Shown here: piece by piece, positions 55,618 to 64,000 of the stretch
How positions within the stretch are numbered: the first letter of the stretch is position 1
How the letters are laid out: each line of letters begins with the position of its first letter
Source of the DNA: Octopus vulgaris
Taxonomy: Eukaryota
NCBI GenBank assembly: GCA_951406725.2
Contig: OX597815.1
Span: forward strand, 19,282,001-19,346,000
Direction: 5' to 3'
Length of the DNA: 64,000 nt
Notes under the pieces: model-generated
The model's database searches: none
What the model was told of the DNA's origin: nothing
The model's input: only the letters and a program-made list of their open reading frames with translations
Position numbers and translations under genes: made by a program

Positions 55618-57547
55618 AATACATATGTATATGCGTACATACACACACACATGCACGCACACACACACACGTACGAATGTATAGATAGATATTAATGTCT
55701 GTTTTTATGTTCAGCTATAATGAAAAACATCTTACATTCATCTGAAGGGTAACTCTAAACTCTTGTAGGGTACACATTTATTATTCTAAAACAAGAATAT
55801 TATTGACAATGAACTCAAAGTTTCGACCAGCTTCATCACCTGCGGACTGCGATGCGTTGAAGTTAATCTTGGATTTTTATAGTCTCTGCTGAGTTAAAAT
55901 CATCCTTGGGTATGTAGTTTTGCGTGTAGTGGTAATTAGGTTTTGGAGTGGATTGTGATGGAAAGGCGTTTCAGAGAAATATTTATTGATTAAATTCAGG
56001 GTTATACTTTTGTTTTGAAATTTATTCGTGTACGTAGAAGTTTCTAAGAAGGTGTGTATATTTACGTCCGTCCGCTTCAGTGTATGGCATTTCTTTTTAG
56101 AGATTCACAAAAAAGATATAGGTTGGTATGAGAAACGTTTTTGATCAGAGGAAGTGCCCGCCCGTAGAGTTCGTTATTTTTGGTTTTATTAGAATTAATC
56201 CTTTTCTTTGAGAATGTTAATGCCAAAGGTTTAAAATGTTGTCTACATTCAAAAATTTAGTAATTGTGCTTTTGTAATAGAATTTTTTAAAGAATTCACA
56301 AAATAATGTAAGTAGGTGGTATGTTTTAGCTGATAGGTTCACTGTTTTTGTTGCTATTTAAGACAATTTATGTTTGTATTTGAAGGGTGGGGTTATTACT
56401 ACATATTAACCAAAATGCTTATAAAACAAATGAACCGCTAGAGGGAACCATACTGACCAACGACCTTAATACCTTTCCACATAAAACATAATACCATATA
56501 CATATTTTTTTGTGGATCCTTAAAAAATTCCTTAGTCTCAGCAGAGATTATATAAAGCCAAGATTATCTGCAATGCAACTCAGTCTGACGAGGGCTTAGC
56601 TGGTCGAAACTTTCACTAATATTGTTGTTTAAGAATTTTATATATATTTACTTCATCCATTTACACATCAATCCAGTTACTTTCATGTACATACTCTTCA
56701 TTTTTGTTCTTATGATTGTTAAATATATGTTTGTTTTCTGGCATGTAGTTTTAATGTTACTTCTTCATTCCCTCTTTTGTTCTCACATTTTTACTATGCG
56801 TGTCTTCTTTTTAAAAATCTACTTCCACTATTCACAAGTTAAATATGAAATTAAGATATGAACAAGAGGGTAAGATATATTTACTTTCTCTAATTCAATT
56901 ATGATTTCATATATGCTTACTGTTCTCAAGAGTACTGCATTTTAAATAGAATGCACATGTTATTTAGCTGATGTTATATTTGATTTCTTCACTTGAACTT
57001 CATTCATAATGTATATCGAAGATGAAATTTTCTGCAATGCCTGTTTATGTGCAATCACATGATTAGTAGATAAATATATCCAGAATGATTCAATGCCAAT
57101 TCGGTCGATAAAAGAATAGATGATTGAAATCTCACACAATAACTGAGTATTTTCAAGTCAACAATTAAAATGGTCAATTCCTAACAATTTTGAGGTGATA
57201 TATGAAACAAAATCCACAATCAAAGTTTCCTTACTAGAATCAGAACAATGATATTTTAAGTTAACAAGTGAAAGGGAATCTTTCTTTCTAATTCTTGCAA
57301 TGGCATAATAAATTCAAAATACAAAACATTGAATTAAACAGCGTTGCCTACTAAATTCAAAAGTCAACTATTATATACGATCCAATCGTAAAATAAAATC
57401 CAAGTGAAAGTCATAGTAATATATAATATATGTACATATACATATATGTGTGCATTTGTGTATGTATTCATATAATGTATGTATGTGTGTATGTAGGTAT
57501 GCATTACATACATGCATATCTAGAGACATAAATACATTCATACATAC
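55364..57547 (+). repeat. ~135-bp direct duplication (55364-55499 and 57412-57547)
   Basis: Both copies read CATAGTAATATATA.TATATGTACATATACATATATG.GTGCATTTGTGTATGTATTCA...ACATAAATACATTCATACATAC. Confidence 0.85.
55818..56617 (-). mobile_element. Decayed Penelope-like element with inverted terminal-repeat copies
   Basis: 55818-55897 is the reverse complement of ~56531-56613 (CTCAGCAGAGA.TATA.AA..CCAAGATTA...CAGTC...AGCTGGTCGAAACTTT). The right copy holds AGT-CTGACGA...GGTC-GAAAC..TC-ACT. The interior minus strand has a faint resemblance to a GIY-YIG C-terminus. Confidence 0.6.
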
Positions 57548-59109
57548 ATACATGCATGCATATATGCATTATGCTAGCATATATGCACAGATTTTGGATC
57601 GTGCAAGTCAGTTGAAATATTCATTATGCATTCTTTGACCTTATTGAATTGGTTGAAACAGTTTTTTTTTTGTTTCTTTGTTATGCATATATAAATTTTA
57701 TAGATTAGTTCTCTAATCGAATTGATACATAAATGATACATAACTGACGTAAAATCAGATTAGAAATATGTTCTTCGCTTCATTGTGTTGAAGGCATATT
57801 TGTAATCATATTGATCTCTTGTATGGATTCTTATTCATAGACAAGTAGAAATTAAAACAGTTTGGAAGTAGGCAAAAATCATGCTTAGGTTTGTATTTTC
57901 TTCTGTTGTTCCTTGTTATACTTTATCACTATAGCTTTAAAATAAACAGAACACAACATCGGTCATAATATATATGTACTCAGTAAATTATCTACACAAC
58001 CACAAAACCTAAATTCAGGTCAGGCATGAACTTTCATCTGATATAATTTAATTGCTTCGCATCTTGCTTGTGTACAAAATAACAGTCAGATCACAAACCC
58101 ATGTTTAATGTCTTGTATAATCAATAAACATCAGATTTGTCTTGTTATGCATCTTTTAAGAAAAAGAAAATTACAAAAGCAATATTATTGAATTTTCTCT
58201 TACTAGAATATACACAGTTTGTGTTTTGTTGAATTTGCGAAGAAATGGAAAACCGTTTTAGAGAAGACAACAGTAAAGACGTAATAATATTTACATATGA
58301 ATACATTTGCAAAGTTGCTTTCAGAAAAGAATGGTTCCTTATTTCATTCTATACTGCTTTAACATATTGAGATGCATTGAAATTAATCTCTCCTTCTTTC
58401 TATTTGTTTTCCATTGATCATATATTGTCCACTGCTCCGACAGCAATATGATATTCAACGCTAGATTTACAATTTTTATGAACCATTCTTCTTGGAATGT
58501 AAAAATAAAAGTACCACAACAAAACAAAATTTTCCATAATAAAAATGTATTGTAGTTAATAAGATCAAGTCATGTAGCATGTGATGTACAGGTAGAAACA
58601 TTGTTATAAACATATTGTATTTATTATGTATTGTTGCACTGAGTTCGGTATTACAGACAAATGACTTGGAGGTTAAATACAATACCAAATACTAATGATT
58701 TCTAACATATGTAAGACTCCTCAACATTTTTAATAGGAGGATACTAGATGATATTAACTTCAGTACAGAACTAGATTCTTTATTTATTAATTGATCCTTT
58801 ATATTATCGTCAGATGAGGGATGAAAGGTAAAGTAGACGTTGTGGGAATTGAACTCAGGTGTCGGAACAAATACTGCAAGGCTTATTTTACCAAGCTCTA
58901 ACAAATACTCCTTTTGGCTTTCTATAATGCCAAATAAATTAAATTAGGTTCGAGGCTCGCTCTTACCCACCACCAAATTTCAACATATATCTAACGTAGA
59001 AATTCCGACGGTCGCATAACCAGAAACCACAAAAACAAGTACAACAGCCACAAAAACAGCATCAGAAAACAACAACGACATAAACAGAAACAACAACAAT
59101 AGTAATAAT

Positions 59110-59286
59110 GATGATTTCAAAGTAATTTCAGTAATTTCAGGTGGGTGAGAGGTGCTAAGTGAATTTTATCAACCCCAGTGCTCAACGAGTGTTTATTTTA
59201 TCGACTCCGAAGGGATGAAAGGCAAAGTCGATTTCGGTAGAATTTGAACTGAGAACGTGAACGTAAAGACTGACGACATGCCGCCT
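59110..59286 (-). mobile_element. SINE family B copy (others at ~58690-58900 -, 60435-60650 -, 60680-60900 +, 60940-61150 +)
   Basis: TTTTATCGACTCCGAAGGGATGAAAGGCAAAGTCGATTTCGGTAGAATTTGAACTGAGAACGT. Confidence 0.78.
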
Positions 59287-59599
59287 TAATGATAATTATA
59301 ATAATGATAGTCAGGAGAAGAAGAAGAAGAAGAAGAAGAAGAAGAAGAAGAAGAACAACAAACAACAACAACAACAACCAAAATAATAGCAATAATAATA
59401 AAAATGACAATAATACTAGTAATACAAAAAAATAATAATAACAATAACAACAACAACAATAACTAAGAAAATCAGAATAGTAACAGATCCCGTGTTTCTT
59501 TGTAAATGGGAAAAAAGGAAAATTCTTGTTTTCGATGTATTATAGCCCAATAAATTTCTGGAATATTTGCAGATTACTTCGTTGATAACGTCAACTGAG

Positions 59600-59900
59600 C
59601 CATGTCTTGAGACTTGACATCAACAGGTTTCTTCCATATTCAATATTCAGCGAAGGATTGTCGCTGACAACGTTTCTACTTCTCTGTCAAAACCGTTGTC
59701 AATTCTCATCTATGCAGTGTCTTGAAAAATTATTGTAATAATGGTTGCCAATGTTCTCAAAACGACCGAGATGATATCACTCACATGTCCTGCAGTTTTC
59801 TTGGTTATCTAGCAAGTTTTTACACTTCTATATCAGATACTACAGGATAACCCATAATCTTATATTGGCCATGTGGATATGTCATAAATCTTTTGCAACC
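59600..59900 (-). pseudogene. Decayed R4/Dong-like C-terminal fragment between trinucleotide repeats
   Basis: Minus-strand pieces DIISVVLRTLATI (compare VIPIVVGALGTV) and LSATILR*IL (compare L.SARILRRVL). Confidence 0.45.
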
Positions 59901-62900
59901 TTCGTTGTTATTGCTCTTCTTCTTCTGCTCATTTTGAAAGTATCATTATTATCGTCGTCGTCGTCATCATCATCTTCGAAGTCGTCGTCATTGAAGGCAT
60001 CGTCGTCGTAGTCGTCATCATCATCATCATCATCTAACGACTCAAGTATCGTAAATAACACTTTTGTGTTTACAAATAATGGTTATAGGTTAAACAACGA
60101 TAGTATTTTTCTGAGTAACTAAACATTATCCACGAGGGATAGAGATTTCAGCTGAAATCCATTGGTCATAAACCGAAAGGTTAGTTTTACTATTTTCCTT
60201 AAAATCAGTTTTCGTTGCTCACTATTCAATCAGGCTATTCACATATGAGTAACTCTCTTGATATAAGAACAGTCACACAGTTAACATAGCAGGCAAGGTT
60301 TTAACCCCGCCAAAGGCGGATGAATCCCAACGAGAGAGAAATCGAGATTCATGGTTTTTAAGTGTATCATCTAGAGTTAAAAAAATATAATTCAAATCCT
60401 TATACAGCCAAGTTGAGCGTATTATTTAGAATTAATATTGGTTTCAAATTTTGGTACAAGGCGGGCGTTTCGTGGGAGCAGATAAGTCGATTACATCGAC
60501 TCCAGTGTTCAAGTGGTACTTATTTTATCGACCCCGAAAGAATGAAAAGCAAAGTCATCGTCGGTGAAATTTGAACTGAGAGCGTAAATACGGACGAAAT
60601 ACCGCTAAGCATTTTACCCTGAGTGCTAATGATTCTGTCAGCTCACTGCTTTATGTAGAGTTGATAGGGAATAACTATCCGGCAGTGGATTAGTGTAATC
60701 TGTAGAGCATCAGAGAAAACGTATTGTGGTATTTAGTAATGGTTATTTCCATGCTGGTTGGTTTCAAATCTCGCCAATATCTACTTTGCATTTCTTCTTT
60801 GTGAAATTGTAAAAAATAATGTACCACATAATGCTGATATCAATTTAACCAAGTATACTCACACTCGCAAAACTGCAATTTTGTGATAATATTAGAAAGC
60901 AACAATATTATATAGAATACCTGTCTTGTAGCGGGGGTTATCATATTCGATAGCAAGACGGACAAAATGCCTTGCGGTGTTAAGCTATATACATTTACGT
61001 TCTGATTTCGAAGCCAATCGTGATCAAGTTAGCTTCTCATCCAAACAGGGACGATAAAATAAAGAACCAGTCAAGCACTGAAGTTAATTTAATCAAATAT
61101 ACCACGTCTCTGATTTTGAGGCTGCGTTCTTATGTTGAGAAATCAATTTTAAATTGCCATGTTTTATCCCGCTTGCAATGGCTGTCCTCTGAAATCAATA
61201 TTTTTGTTATTTCCTACTAATTACCTATACTTATCTGGTGTAGTTCTTAGATAAGAATCAGTAGTTTTCTGCTGAATTAATGACATAATCGATCTGTCCC
61301 CTTTACGCTAAGCAACTGTCATTACGCCACAGTTGTTTGATTGGTATAACTATCATTATGTCATCTTCGAACTAGTTAGAGTGGCATTCCATCTTGCATT
61401 TCTTCTTACTCGTTGATAAACATCTAAACGTAACTGGAAAATATTTCCATTGTTACAATATTATCTGTGATTATTATTCTTAGCAATAACAAATAATAAC
61501 AACTTAACAGACTTAACTGTCTTTAATTTTCTAGACCAAAATGTGCAATCACCCGCCTACATACATACATACATACATACATACATACATACATACATAC
61601 ATACATACATACATACGTACGTACGTACGTACATACATATGTATGTATGTACATATGTATGCAATACGTGTGCATGTTGTCTTTCACTTGATTTATGAGC
61701 TTGTAAAATTCATTACACAAATCATGCACTGACTAAAGGATCCAATACAGGTGTAGTTAAAATAACATTTTCAATGGTAATTGCTTTGAATTATCCCGAT
61801 ACAGGCTTCGCAAAATACTGTTTGAGACGATCAATGTTTTCTATACATAAAATCAATTTTCTGTGGGACTGAGAGTATAGTCTAATTTGAAGAGGTAAAC
61901 ATGAGGAGAGGATAACAAATGAGGGAAGTTTTGATATATTCTGGAAGTTGTAAACAAAACGAAAGAGAGAAAAGAGGGAGCAAGTATTTACCAAATGATT
62001 AGTCAATTGCCTTCTTTGGTCACTACGTGCAAACATTTGTTCCCCTTCGCTTTATACTTACTACTTCGCTCTACCACTTCTCTCCTATAACAAATTACTA
62101 CTATATTTCAGAAAAATCTGTTATCACTAGCGATCAAATTGACTGCAAGAATGTGTATAGCCGTTCCCTCGACAAGGAATAAAATTCAAATTTTCTTCAA
62201 ATAACTCACCCCTCTGACAATAAAGATAAACACAATAATGAGTTTTATTTCTGGTAGACAAAAAGAGGTTCATGGCCACATCTCGTACGCTCTTCATCAT
62301 TTATACTTCTTAGGCCTGCCTCAAAGCTGAACCCCATGCGTTCATGGTGTAACGTCACATAGTTCAATAAACCGTAATGATTTCAACAATCTTGTTTTCT
62401 TGCTTGAATATACTGTTTTAGAAATAAATAATTAACACATGTATCACTCTATCACCCTTCTATTTTACATGAATTTCTTCTGAAATGCTATTTTTAATAC
62501 TACGCATAGAATAATCAATTTCTGGTAGCTATTTCTATAGACTTGTTCATGTTTTCCCAACTTTCTTTCATTCCCAATTTGTTCTACGATACTAATTGAA
62601 TCGTGCTTGTATTTATATAAAGTTTTATTTCAAATATTTATTTATCAAGGTTTTACTTCATTGATACGTAGCTGGCTACGTTAGATGTTAAAGATTGTGC
62701 TTTACTTTTCTCTGCTTTTAATTCTCTTTTTCTGTCAACCATCACTTCAGACTCATATATATTCACAAAACTCAATATATTCATTAAGGAAAAGCTAGGA
62801 ATATTACATATTTGTACAACATACTTCTGGAGGCAGTTCAATTTACAGTTACTCTCAGGATAAACAATGCCAATAATGCAACTTGATGTCGACTCTAAAA

Positions 62901-64000
62901 TTATCTAAATTATCTAACACTTTTTGCTATGATCAGAAATACTAAAACCAATAATTATAACTAATGAATTTATAAAATAATTATAAACATAATACTTTGC
63001 TAACTGTCTGTTTTGTTTACGCTGCGGTATGACGCATTCCACACAGGCATATAAGCATTTAGAAGACAGAAGTTTCTATGATGTATTGCTCAATAAGATC
63101 ATGAATTGACTGTTCTCTTTCCGCGACAATATCAGGGACAATTCTTTGAAAAACAAAAATTCACAGAGACTTATTGAAATCGAAAAGTTCTCTGACAAAA
63201 ACATAAGTACTAACAATATTAAGGCGTAAAAATATATTGTACAAGTGACATAAATTGTTATACAATAAGCACGTCATTTCTGTTTTATTAAATTATAAAA
63301 TAGTACATACATTTTGACTTATATCCTCTGATTTATGTAGTTACAACCTATTTCTTTGCTCCCTTTTTATGGGTATTATATATTTCTTTATATAACACGA
63401 CTCCGTATTCAGTACAGACTTCTGTATCATATATTTTATATACAAAAGTATTTCTCAGTCGCATTTTTCACAATTTTTAAATCTTTCATTTACTATTTCG
63501 TTTCTGCTGCTACTGCTGGTATCTTTGATTTTTCAATGTACTTGCAATGTTTTTTGTCTTTTTTTTCTGCTAATGTACATTATGTTTTCTGTCTGTTGTT
63601 ATCTTTCTACTTATAAGCACTATTTATGTGTCTTTCTTTTTCCTCTCAATATTTACTCCCTTGCATCTCTAGCTGTTATTTACTCCTTTCCCTTTTCTAT
63701 CAATATTTATCTCTCTAAATACATGTAAGCTTTCTCTAACTCACACGATTTGCTCTTCTGCATTACCAAATGCAGTGCAGCCGAACACACACTTCATCCT
63801 TTAACTTTTATCAGCATCATCATTGATTTTTTGCTCTGTGGCGGACAGGTGGCGCCACCAACAGTTTTACCTCGCTTTTTGTATTCGTTTTTATTTTTTC
63901 TGTGTATGCTGTTTTCGAAATCGGTTCGAAACAAACAAAGGAGAAAAAAAATGTTTCATACTTCGAATAAAAGGAAAATGAATGTGTAGGAATGTAATAC

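Overview
AT-rich, microsatellite-dense animal DNA, intronic or intergenic. The SINE families and repeat landscape resemble those of Octopus (cephalopod); this is recalled similarity, not a database result. I recognise no intact protein-coding gene, and most ORF-track entries are translations of (TA)n, (TATG)n, (TAA)n or (CA)n repeats. The window is mostly mobile-element debris: (1) a full-length but dead mariner (51053-52346) and a mariner-derived MITE; (2) a 928-bp long-TIR MITE with an 8-bp TSD, internal TTAGGG repeats and a paralogous empty site; (3) two non-autonomous Helitrons; (4) at least seven R4/Dong-like non-LTR fragments, all on the minus strand; (5) four SINE families. The most notable signal is a set of about 10 minimal type-I hammerhead-ribozyme motifs in Penelope-like terminal-repeat fragments, mostly next to (TA)n tracts. 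Most have a palindromic, dimer-type stem III, and several have non-canonical cores (UUGAAAA, CUGUWGA, CCGAAGA). There are also short inverted copies of flanking DNA inside (TA)n tracts and a few weak candidate exons.
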